Of a stretch of 64,000 bases of DNA, positions 17,672 through 25,624 are shown in pieces (the stretch's first letter is position 1; every line of letters begins with the position of its first letter). A program made the position numbers and the translations under genes. The notes beneath the pieces are model-generated. The model searched no databases. It was given only the letters and a program-made list of their open reading frames with translations, and was not told the DNA's origin. The stretch covers positions 124,001 through 188,000 of IMG/VR virus record IMGVR_UViG_3300011934_000017, one strand, 5' to 3'.

Positions 17672-17947
17672 TTAGTGTTGCAGGTCGTTCAGGAGTTTCA
17701 CAATCTTTTCTAGGATGTCACTGCCGTAGCTCTCTACAATATGCGTCTTAGGTGGGTCGCACCGATTAGCGTGAAGCATATCCTCCAGACGCGACACCTC
17801 AGGCTTCAAACTTTTTTGCACCCGTGCCTTGACGCGATGCATGTCATCAGCATGGTGCACTTCGTTTATTTGGAGTTGGTCTTTCAAACTTTTTACCTCA
17901 CGCTCCAATTCCTCGATACGCGCTTGGGCTTCAGCTAATCTACTCAT
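17672..17947 (-). CDS. small coiled-coil protein (start trimmed to MSRLAE)
   Basis: The longer track ORF includes hairpin 17975-17994. Confidence 0.65.
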   Translation of the reverse strand: MSRLAEAQARIEELEREVKSLKDQLQINEVHHADDMHRVKARVQKSLKPEVSRLEDMLHANRCDPPKTHIVESYGSDILEKIVKLLNDLQH

Positions 17948-17974
17948 GACAGTTTCTTGAAAAGTTTGCAGATG

Positions 17975-17994
17975 GGCGGGGCATCTGCCCCGCC
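17975..17994 (-). terminator. GC hairpin after the 18005-19582 gene
   Basis: GGCGGGGCA-TC-TGCCCCGCC. Confidence 0.55.
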
Positions 17995-18004
17995 GTGTCA
18001 CTAC

Positions 18005-19582
18005 TTACAGGGCGTCGTCAAAATCATCGAAGTCGTCTTCGTCTTCGTCTTCGTCTTCGTCTTCGTCTTCGTCTTCAAACTCTTCCTCGTCTTCTTCTAG
18101 GTCATCTTCGTCCTCGTCTTCAAATTCTTCTTCATCGTCTTCATCTTCAAACTCTTCCTCGTCGTCTGCTTCGTCCTCGTCTTCGTCCTCCTCTAGGTCA
18201 TCTTCAAATTCTTCTTCATCGTCGAGGTCCAGATCATCTTCTACCTCTTCTACCGTGTCTTCGATAATCTCCATGCGTACAACTTTTGCTAGATCAACCA
18301 GCTTGACCTCTTCAGTGTCGAGCACGAACAGAACAACTTTTGACTTGGCGTCGGAGAAGCCGATAACGAGGGCTTCACTGCCACGGTACTCAAGCTTGGT
18401 ACCAATGTCAACTTCATCGCCAAGCTTCGGCTCGATCACATCGTCAAAGTTTGCATCCCAGCCTTCGATGGCGCGCGCAATCTTTTTGGTGTCTAACGCA
18501 TCACCTACGATAGCTGCAATCTTTTCTAGGCGAGTATCGTCTTCAGTAGACGATTCTTCGGCTTCAGTCATTGCGGCCGCGTATGCCTCAATATCTTCTT
18601 CAGAGGCGTTGGTGGGCAACAGACCGATTTGAAGGGTCAGGCGTTCTTCGTTGTACATGCCGCCGGTAGTCGCTACGGTCAGGTCAAGACCTGTCAGGTC
18701 TTTCAAGATGTTGCCAATGTTGTCACGCACCGCGTCTTCAATCTTTTTAGTCATCGCATCGTTGAAAGTTGACACAGGCTTCAGCTTCTTGGTGTCACCG
18801 CTTGCGCCACGCTTGCGGCGCTTGATGCCAGAGCTTTCTTTATCTTCGGCAGCGGGCTGCTTGGGCTGCTTGGGTGCTTTCTTTTTGCTGTTCAAAAGTT
18901 CACGCAGCTCGGCGACTTTGACACCACGTGCTTCAGTGCGATCTTCGATCTTACCAGCATCGACCAGTGCTGTGATAAGCTCCTTGCGTGTCATCTTTTT
19001 CTCAGAAGACGCTGCAGGCTGCTTCGGCTGCTTAGGTGCTTTCTTTTTCGCGTGAAGTTCACGCAGTTCCTCGATGGACACGCCTTTGGCTACGCGACGG
19101 TTGCTAATCTTGCCAGCATCTACCAGCGCTGTAATCAGTTCTGTACGTGTCATCTTTTTCTCAGAAGAGGCAGCAGGCTGCTTCGGCTGACGTGGCTGCT
19201 TGGGCTTCTTCTTAGACAACTTTTCTACCATGCTGCGAAGTTCTGTGATGAGAATGCCTTTGGAGTCGGAGCGCTTTTCAAACTTCTTGGCTTCAACGAG
19301 GGCGGTGATGCAATCGCGGCGAGTCATCTTGCTTGCGTCATTTTTCATATCTTTATCTCCGGTTGTCTTGGGTGTAGTTGTCTTGGGTGCATCTTTTGCA
19401 GGGCTGTCGCCAAGCTGCACAAGACCACGTCCTTTCTTTTTCACGTCAGCGGCTTGCACAACGATGCCGCCTTTGGTCTTGTAAGATACGCGACCGACCT
19501 TTGCGATGCGATCTTTTGAATCGTCTGCCAGGGTGATGCTCATGCCTTCGAATGACTGGTCTGCTTTTTGACGTGTAGCCAT
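18005..19582 (-). CDS. repeat protein: three helix-loop-helix (HeH/Rho-N-like) units with PKQP linkers and an acidic tail
   Basis: KMTRxxxITALVxAxKxxxRxxxxGxxxxELR x3; ends DDFDDFDDAL; ATG at 19582 with SD GAGAG. Confidence 0.8.
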   Translation of the reverse strand: MATRQKADQSFEGMSITLADDSKDRIAKVGRVSYKTKGGIVVQAADVKKKGRGLVQLGDSPAKDAPKTTTPKTTGDKDMKNDASKMTRRDCITALVEAKKFEKRSDSKGILITELRSMVEKLSKKKPKQPRQPKQPAASSEKKMTRTELITALVDAGKISNRRVAKGVSIEELRELHAKKKAPKQPKQPAASSEKKMTRKELITALVDAGKIEDRTEARGVKVAELRELLNSKKKAPKQPKQPAAEDKESSGIKRRKRGASGDTKKLKPVSTFNDAMTKKIEDAVRDNIGNILKDLTGLDLTVATTGGMYNEERLTLQIGLLPTNASEEDIEAYAAAMTEAEESSTEDDTRLEKIAAIVGDALDTKKIARAIEGWDANFDDVIEPKLGDEVDIGTKLEYRGSEALVIGFSDAKSKVVLFVLDTEEVKLVDLAKVVRMEIIEDTVEEVEDDLDLDDEEEFEDDLEEDEDEDEADDEEEFEDEDDEEEFEDEDEDDLEEDEEEFEDEDEDEDEDEDEDDFDDFDDAL

Positions 19583-19617
19583 GATGATATCTCTCTCTGT
19601 ATTTGCTTGCTTAAATT

Positions 19618-19709
19618 GAACGTTAACTAGCACCGTAACCAAATTTCTATCTGCTCGTTTTGGCTCGCTGCTACATCTTCATTATATCACATCTACAACC
19701 GCTCTGCAA
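19618..19709 (-). promoter_or_regulatory. sigma70-type promoter plus 28-bp element, copy 2
   Basis: TTGCAG-17-TATAAT (19686-19681); element 19645-19618. Confidence 0.85.
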
Positions 19710-19797
19710 CAACTTTCTGCTGTGGTGGTGTGAGGTGTGCTGTGGTGCAGTCGAATCAAAGATTGCACGGTGAGGGGGCGCTGCCCCCTCTGGTATA

Positions 19798-20169
19798 TCA
19801 GCTTTCTAGTTCGCGTACGGTCTGTGCCACGTAGCTGTCTTCTCCGAGCAAGGTCGCTAATCTTTTCGCCAGCGCTACATGACCAGGAAAATCTTTCCAG
19901 GACTTGGTGCGACCCTCAAAGACCACATCAACGTAGGATGCCAGCGCTGAAAAGTTCTTGCGCTTGTGGCCATGCAGAGAAAAGACTTGCAGGTACGGAC
20001 CAGATACTTGGCTGTGGTTTTCGATCATTTCGAAAATGTAGCCTCGGTCCTCAACGATGATAACGTGGGTGTGCTCACCCTGATCATCAACGTCTTCCAG
20101 TTCAAACTTTTCACCGCCCTGTGCTACCAGTGCTTCTTCCATTGCTAAGATGTCGGCTAGCTGAGTCAT
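19798..20169 (-). CDS. early protein, paralog family member A
   Basis: GGEKFELE.D..G...VI / AL...VD....KSW...HVALA.RL. Confidence 0.8.
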   Translation of the reverse strand: MTQLADILAMEEALVAQGGEKFELEDVDDQGEHTHVIIVEDRGYIFEMIENHSQVSGPYLQVFSLHGHKRKNFSALASYVDVVFEGRTKSWKDFPGHVALAKRLATLLGEDSYVAQTVRELES

Positions 20170-20200
20170 GATGTTGCCTCTTCAATTTACAGTTTAGGTT

Positions 20201-20292
20201 GAACGTTAACAAGCGCCGTAACCAAATTGCGCTGCTCTCGTTTTTGCTTGGTCTTACATCTTCATTATATCACATCTGAGACCACACCACAA
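20201..20292 (-). promoter_or_regulatory. sigma70-type promoter plus 28-bp element, copy 3
   Basis: TTGTGG-17-TATAAT (20269-20264); element 20228-20201. Confidence 0.85.
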
Positions 20293-20319
20293 CGACTTTC
20301 TGCTGTGGTGTGGTGCGTA

Positions 20320-20694
20320 TTAGCGCATGTGGAGCGCTTCTTTTGCCTCGGGTACAAAATTCGCATCAGGAGCAAACTCTACCAGGCGTACAACTAGAGC
20401 CACGTGGGTGCTAGATTCTACCCACGACTTGATGCCGGGTAGCTGTGCTGGTGAGGCCCAGAGAAGATCAAGTGCCGACACCAATGAGTCAATATCATCA
20501 TAGGCATCCGTCAGTTTAAAAGTTCGTATTCTCTGGCTGTCACCGTCTGCGGACGATTCGAACAACACCGCACTGCCGTCTTTCGGAAGCAGGATCACGG
20601 CAGTATAATCACCGGTCTGATCTGGGCATTCTAGTTCGAACCGCTCACCGCCGATCTGAAGCAGTGCGTTTTCCATAGCTGTCATGAAATGCAT
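20320..20694 (-). CDS. early protein, paralog family member B
   Basis: GGERFELE.PD..G.YT.VI / LD..W...KSW...HVALV.RL. Confidence 0.8.
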   Translation of the reverse strand: MHFMTAMENALLQIGGERFELECPDQTGDYTAVILLPKDGSAVLFESSADGDSQRIRTFKLTDAYDDIDSLVSALDLLWASPAQLPGIKSWVESSTHVALVVRLVEFAPDANFVPEAKEALHMR

Positions 20695-20701
20695 GTTGTC
20701 A

Positions 20702-20798
20702 CCTCTACAAACTTTACAAGGCAGCGAACATCAACAAACGCCGTAACCAAGTTCTGCTGTGCTCGCTGAGGGGTTGGTACTACATCTTCATTATATCA
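20702..20798. repeat. 97-bp perfect direct repeat, copy 1 (RBS, 28-bp element and extended -10 promoter; promoter copy 4)
   Basis: Identical to 23922-24018; element 20753-20726, -10 at 20795-20790. Confidence 0.95.
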
Positions 20799-20825
20799 CG
20801 TCAGGAGTCAAAAGAACAGCATTTT

Positions 20826-21155
20826 CTATGAGGCGGTCTTTACAATGCTTGGTATGCTCGATTCGGGTACGATTTCTGCTAGACGTTGGGCTAACTTGAC
20901 GTGGATGGGACAGTCTAACCAGCAGCGCTTACCACTGTTTTTTGACCCCCAGAAAAGATCGACGTGCCAGGCCAGTGCTTCGAAATTGCTTCGGGATGTG
21001 GCTGCATCTTTTAAAAAGATCACCTCTTGAACGCTACAATCATCAAAATAGGTACAAGCTGTAGCTCTACCTTGACTGGCTTCTAACATGACCACGATGC
21101 AAAAATCGGAATCAATCTGCTCAAGGGCGAATCTTTCAAGGTGGTTAACGGGCAT
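20826..21155 (-). CDS. early protein, paralog family member C
   Basis: ERFALE...D / FEALA.HVD.FW...CW.D.P.HVKLA.RL. Confidence 0.75.
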   Translation of the reverse strand: MPVNHLERFALEQIDSDFCIVVMLEASQGRATACTYFDDCSVQEVIFLKDAATSRSNFEALAWHVDLFWGSKNSGKRCWLDCPIHVKLAQRLAEIVPESSIPSIVKTAS

Positions 21156-21165
21156 AATGGTTCTC

Positions 21166-21489
21166 CTAGTAGAGTAGTTTGCGAAGCGCTTTGGCGCCAG
21201 AACAAGAGGCAGTACCTAAGCCTGCCTCTAAGTGCAGGTAATGATAGAGTGCATCCCAATGAAAGGTACCTCTATCCGTTTCGGGATAGAACGCTTTAGT
21301 CGATAGAAAAGTCTGGCCGTTACTCTGAAGGTCTCCGTGAAGTACAACGACCGTACATTCTTCACTGTAGAAAACGTCTGTCTTGGGATACAAAAGCGGA
21401 CCTTCAATCGCGCTGTTTCGGAAGAGAAAGTGTGTGAAGTCAGTATCGGACTTCAAAGACTGGACTAACCTATCAATATGTTTTTGCAT
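21166..21489 (-). CDS. hypothetical protein
   Basis: 107-aa ORF in operon. Confidence 0.65.
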   Translation of the reverse strand: MQKHIDRLVQSLKSDTDFTHFLFRNSAIEGPLLYPKTDVFYSEECTVVVLHGDLQSNGQTFLSTKAFYPETDRGTFHWDALYHYLHLEAGLGTASCSGAKALRKLLY

Positions 21490-21499
21490 CTTTACATCC

Positions 21500-22255
21500 T
21501 CAGTTTTTATGTATCATGTAGTCGGCAACGATCTTGGCAGCGTCACGTCCTACAGAGTCATCATTAGCCAGATGTATATTCAGGCGTAGCATATCTTCAT
21601 GCTGTCCAAAATGTCCCCACATGTTTTCATACTCGTCTTTGGTAGGTGCACCTCGATCCAAAAAGCTTGATTGACCTCCGCTTTTCGTCAACTGACACCA
21701 GCGACCGAAAACACCTGTCTGTGACTCCAGAATAATCTCAAAGACGATCAGGCTAACGCGAATATAACGCATAGCAGGATCATTATGAAACATGACAGGT
21801 ATATCCACGTACATTCTTGAAGTGGGATGATCTTGACCTAACAGGTAAGAGTTTAGTCGCAGAGGCAGCTTCGTTCCTGGGCGCAGCGGGTGGTCAAACC
21901 AGCGTAGTGAGTGTGCGAAGTATTTATCCAGGTGTGTCTTATCGATCAGTGGGTAGAAAGGGGCACCAACTGCTTTTACAGGACGGGGCCATTCGCGGTT
22001 CTCCAAAGAGAACATCGAAGGTGCGCAAATAACATCAGGTGAATCCAGTGAGGCGACGGAATACCCGTGTGTAGAAAAGGCAGGCTTCAACCGAAGCTCG
22101 TTATACATGAAATCCAAGATCAACTTTCCACCTTCTTCGATAGTCTCACCTGCGTCTTCGAACACATACTCCATGTAGAAATAAGGAATCGAATGGCCTT
22201 CTTTACTGAGTGAGGCACCTTGAATCAAATTTTCTAAATACAAGCGGTCGTTCAT
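21500..22255 (-). CDS. hypothetical protein
   Basis: 251-aa ORF with SD GAGG. Confidence 0.7.
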   Translation of the reverse strand: MNDRLYLENLIQGASLSKEGHSIPYFYMEYVFEDAGETIEEGGKLILDFMYNELRLKPAFSTHGYSVASLDSPDVICAPSMFSLENREWPRPVKAVGAPFYPLIDKTHLDKYFAHSLRWFDHPLRPGTKLPLRLNSYLLGQDHPTSRMYVDIPVMFHNDPAMRYIRVSLIVFEIILESQTGVFGRWCQLTKSGGQSSFLDRGAPTKDEYENMWGHFGQHEDMLRLNIHLANDDSVGRDAAKIVADYMIHKN

Positions 22256-22265
22256 AATTAGTACC

Positions 22266-22532
22266 TCATTTACGGTTAGTTCTTAGGTGAACGCTGCGAT
22301 CTGGAAACGGCGGTGAAACACGTCCCAGAATCTTCACAACATAGGACATTCGTATGTTGAAAGTTCTTGACGACATAGGACACCAAACAGTAAGCTCGGC
22401 CATTCCAGAACGTGCTCCGTTTAGATTTAACATGCCAGGCGAAAGCAACAACACAGTATAATCGGGATCACCGTTGTTCCCAAGAATCTGTAGCCACGTA
22501 CCGCTCATTAAATTGTCAGTGCCTAGTTTCAT
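22266..22532 (-). CDS. hypothetical protein (start trimmed; ATGA-coupled to upstream gene)
   Basis: ATG 22532-22530 overlaps TGA 22531-22529 and has SD GGAG. Confidence 0.65.
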   Translation of the reverse strand: MKLGTDNLMSGTWLQILGNNGDPDYTVLLLSPGMLNLNGARSGMAELTVWCPMSSRTFNIRMSYVVKILGRVSPPFPDRSVHLRTNRK

Positions 22533-23080
22533 TTCTTTGCTCCAAGTTGTTTTTCCAACGACCGATAAAGCTCTTCTTTTCGCTGCTGTATTGTCAGTTC
22601 CATCTGGCAAAGTTCGTGATACTCCATAAGCGCTACAGCCTTTTCACCTATATTCAACGCGGTAGGTGACTCTCTCTCTTCGACGCGAGGTTGAGAAGCA
22701 ATCTCTTTGTGCTCGGCCAGGTGTTCTGGATTAATCACTCTACGTCCGTGTGCCAAACCGATACGATAACCATACGACGCTCTGCCGTGCATGTACTTTG
22801 GTTGAATACGACGATTGGTGCGATATACATCGGAAAGTCCTTTTCTATGTGCTTGACTCAATACCGAAGAAATGGCAGAAATAAAAGAACGTACATCGTG
22901 GCTTTCTAGGCTTTCAATCTTTATGCATTGCCGATCGAGAATGCAGAAAGCAATGTCAACCGAGGTGTAGAAAACGGACGAGTCAACATTTACCATAGCA
23001 CCGAGAGTGCCAATCACACGGGTTCTAAAACCGTAATCAAGGATATTTGAGACGCGCTTATCTGAGAATGTTTGAAACAT
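22529..23080 (-). CDS. hypothetical protein
   Basis: 183-aa ORF with SD GGAG. Confidence 0.7.
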   Translation of the reverse strand: MFQTFSDKRVSNILDYGFRTRVIGTLGAMVNVDSSVFYTSVDIAFCILDRQCIKIESLESHDVRSFISAISSVLSQAHRKGLSDVYRTNRRIQPKYMHGRASYGYRIGLAHGRRVINPEHLAEHKEIASQPRVEERESPTALNIGEKAVALMEYHELCQMELTIQQRKEELYRSLEKQLGAKK

Positions 23081-23130
23081 GATACAACTCCAAGAATAAA
23101 AGAAGTGAGGGACATCGCGCCCCTCTAGGT

Positions 23131-23421
23131 TTAACCGTACGTGAAAAGAAACGACTCGCCGTCTTTCTTGAGACGAATGGCTCGAATCAGTGGACCGAAC
23201 GAATCGCTTTCAAGATCATACCACTTACCTGCGGCAAACCCTTTGGCCTTAAAAAGATTTGTCGCTGTCTCCTCTCACGACTCAAAACTTTTTGCTATAC
23301 AAGGTAAACCATGTTCCACTCTGTGCTTGTTAGCGTGGCGGATAACGTCATGCGTCATACAGAAGCCTGACTCGTCGGACGTATCAAGCTCCGGGAAATC
23401 ATCAATCGTTAAATGAGGCAT
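23131..23421 (-). pseudogene. 96-codon frame split by one in-frame TGA (23277-23275)
   Basis: SD GGAG + ATG at 23421; MPHLTIDDFPEL...KSFES*EETATNLF...LFTYG-TAA stays in one frame. Confidence 0.55.
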
Positions 23422-23434
23422 AGTCTTTCTCCAG

Positions 23435-23455
23435 AAAAGCGGGGCCTAGCCCCGC
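23435..23455 (-). terminator. intrinsic terminator
   Basis: GCGGGGC-TAG-GCCCCGC-TTTT on the minus strand. Confidence 0.75.
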
Positions 23456-23464
23456 GAGTAGAAG

Positions 23465-23914
23465 TTAGAAACAGTTCTTGATTGCGCCCATCACTTCAGG
23501 CAAGCGACCAGTAACAAGCGAACTTTCGTACATGAATTTCGGCTGAGCACCGTTGAACACATCGTGCTCGGTGTTTTCATCTTCAATGAAGGCTAGGTAC
23601 ATATCGCTGTTGACAGAACTCTGGCCAACAGGCAAGCGACCGTGCTTGATGTTGAAGGTACCAGGCTCAACTTCTGCACCGAGCATGACAACGACTCGGC
23701 GACGATCAATAAGACCAATACTGAATCCTTCTGCAAACTCTGTATCGTGTAGTTTCACCGAAGCCACGTCCTGTTCAGACACACCAGAAAGGTCATGTGC
23801 AAACTTCGCAAGCTCGCGGCAGGCAGAAATCGAACCGGCTTTCATATCTTCACCGAGGCGTGAAATAACAGACCAGATAATACCGAGACCAGAAATTTTA
23901 TCGTATGCGTACAT
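23465..23914 (-). CDS. hypothetical early protein
   Basis: Directly behind repeat copy 2 (RBS GAGG). Confidence 0.75.
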   Translation of the reverse strand: MYAYDKISGLGIIWSVISRLGEDMKAGSISACRELAKFAHDLSGVSEQDVASVKLHDTEFAEGFSIGLIDRRRVVVMLGAEVEPGTFNIKHGRLPVGQSSVNSDMYLAFIEDENTEHDVFNGAQPKFMYESSLVTGRLPEVMGAIKNCF

Positions 23915-23921
23915 GATATAT

Positions 23922-24018
23922 CCTCTACAAACTTTACAAGGCAGCGAACATCAACAAACGCCGTAACCAAGTTCTGCTGTGCTCGCTGAGGGGTTGGTAC
24001 TACATCTTCATTATATCA
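23922..24018. repeat. 97-bp perfect direct repeat, copy 2 (promoter copy 5; -35 TTGTAT at 24038-24033)
   Basis: Identical to 20702-20798. Confidence 0.95.
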
Positions 24019-24038
24019 TACCCAGCACCTGAATACAA

Positions 24039-24314
24039 CTACTGAAGCAGGAGCTCAAGATCAGCTAGGCTGGTACCTAGAATAGCATCCTCAGAGAAAG
24101 TTGAAATAAGCCGTGCGTTATACCAATGAGCGCTGGGATGCTCGTTAGGTATCTTACGACACATCTGCGCCATTACGTACATGGCAAAGTGCGGGTATTC
24201 GTATGCTGAATAGCTTTCAGGATTATCCGGCATCTTCATACCCGAGTTGGAAGCTGCTTGAGCCAGACTGCGAATATCCATGAGGGCGTTGAAGTCTTCG
24301 GTACGCTTATTCAT
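24039..24314 (-). CDS. hypothetical protein
   Basis: ATG at 24314 with SD GGAG. Confidence 0.7.
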   Translation of the reverse strand: MNKRTEDFNALMDIRSLAQAASNSGMKMPDNPESYSAYEYPHFAMYVMAQMCRKIPNEHPSAHWYNARLISTFSEDAILGTSLADLELLLQ

Positions 24315-24582
24315 CTTCTTCTCCAATTAGTTCTTCACGTTTAGCAACACGAATGGCTTTCTTGACGGCAGCCAGCAGATCGTACAGGTCTTCGACAGGT
24401 ACTGACAAGCCTTTCGAGGTAGGTGCAAACTTTTCCATCTTCTCCGTCTTGTAGTAGCGACGAAGATCAACCATAGACTTCTCTTCAAACTCGTTTATGA
24501 CCATTCGCACCTCTGAACCTTTAGCGCTGTTCAGGCGAGCGATACGATGAACGGAGTTAGGCTTAACGTAGTTCTTAGGCAT
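24307..24582 (-). CDS. PC4/p15 (transcriptional coactivator-like) ssDNA-binding protein
   Basis: EVRMVINEFE...VDLRRYY......PTSKGLSV. Confidence 0.85.
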   Translation of the reverse strand: MPKNYVKPNSVHRIARLNSAKGSEVRMVINEFEEKSMVDLRRYYKTEKMEKFAPTSKGLSVPVEDLYDLLAAVKKAIRVAKREELIGEEDE

Positions 24583-24631
24583 GATAAAAATCCTTTGCAG
24601 AATAGCCCCGGACTGTCCGGAGCATGAGAGT

Positions 24632-24967
24632 TTATACGGAAAAGATTACGTCGTACTTGGAGAGGAGAACAGGTCCCAATTCCCAGACGTAAGCATCATA
24701 CAGGAAGTCATTGTCTTCCTGCTTGCTCCAAGTTTCTTGCTTCTCGATCCAGTCGATCATCTGATCCACAGTATCAAAGAAGGCAGCGTGAATATTCCCC
24801 CAGCCACAAGGCCACGCTTTCTTGCGATACACGCAGGCATACACAGCGGTGTCTGGCCAGATATGCCCATGAAGATCGTGGTCTTCAATGTGCGACTGAA
24901 GGGCCGATACAAACTTTTCAGGTGCAGTTGAAAATACGGTACCGGGCTGCTGAATGATGTAGGGCAT
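24632..24967 (-). CDS. hypothetical early protein
   Basis: SD GGAG; first gene behind promoter copy 6. Confidence 0.7.
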   Translation of the reverse strand: MPYIIQQPGTVFSTAPEKFVSALQSHIEDHDLHGHIWPDTAVYACVYRKKAWPCGWGNIHAAFFDTVDQMIDWIEKQETWSKQEDNDFLYDAYVWELGPVLLSKYDVIFSV

Positions 24968-24988
24968 GATGTTTCTCCAAGATACAAG

Positions 24989-25080
24989 GAACGTTAACTA
25001 ACGCCGTAACCAAATTGCGTTACGCTCGTTAGGGGCAGGTGCTACATCTTCATTATATCACAATTTAAGCTGTCCTACAA
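24989..25080 (-). promoter_or_regulatory. sigma70-type promoter plus 28-bp element, copy 6
   Basis: TTGTAG-17-TATAAT (25057-25052); element 25016-24989. Confidence 0.85.
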
Positions 25081-25106
25081 GGACTCTAATTGCTGAGGAG
25101 AATACT

Positions 25107-25583
25107 ATGCATTTCTACGATGAAATTCAAAAGAACAAACCACGCAAGGTCGAGGTAGAAAAAGCACCGACCGACGTTTTGATTCTGAAGCGGGAGTACA
25201 TGCGCGAAGGCACACACGGTACGTTTATCTTTCCCGACGGCAGCAAGCTAGACACTCTGGAGCTTCCGTGGAACGATAACAAGCAACGGGTGTCCTGCAT
25301 TCCCGAAGGAAAGTATAAGCTGAGAAAGCGTTACTCTCCTGTCGTGAAGCGATCTTCTGGAAATGAGTTCGCTAACGGGTGGGAAGTAACAAACGTAGAG
25401 AACAGGACCTACATCATGATTCACCCTGGAAACTACGTGCGCAACTTCTTAGGTTGTATTGGTGTTGGGTTGAGTAAAGGTTTCCAAGGCAACTCACCTG
25501 TCATCTGGAACAGCCGTGCAGCTTTTCGCAAGTTCATGGCTAAGATGAAAGTTCACGAAGAGTGGACGCTTATCGTAGAGTAA
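25107..25583 (+). CDS. DUF5675 family protein (putative L,D-transpeptidase-fold cell-wall enzyme)
   Basis: R......T.G......TLELPW.DN....SCIPEG.Y...R.YI.IHPGN......GCI.VG. Confidence 0.85.
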   Translation: MHFYDEIQKNKPRKVEVEKAPTDVLILKREYMREGTHGTFIFPDGSKLDTLELPWNDNKQRVSCIPEGKYKLRKRYSPVVKRSSGNEFANGWEVTNVENRTYIMIHPGNYVRNFLGCIGVGLSKGFQGNSPVIWNSRAAFRKFMAKMKVHEEWTLIVE

Positions 25584-25584
25584 C

Positions 25585-25624
25585 AAAAAGCCCCGCTATC
25601 CTTAATTGGACGCGGGGCTTTTTT
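25585..25624. terminator. bidirectional terminator between convergent genes
   Basis: AAAAAGCCCCGC...GCGGGGCTTTTTT. Confidence 0.85.

Noticed and set aside
17995-19519. Several plus-strand ORFs over the 18005-19582 gene
   Set aside because: Antisense shadows of the acidic and repeat regions.
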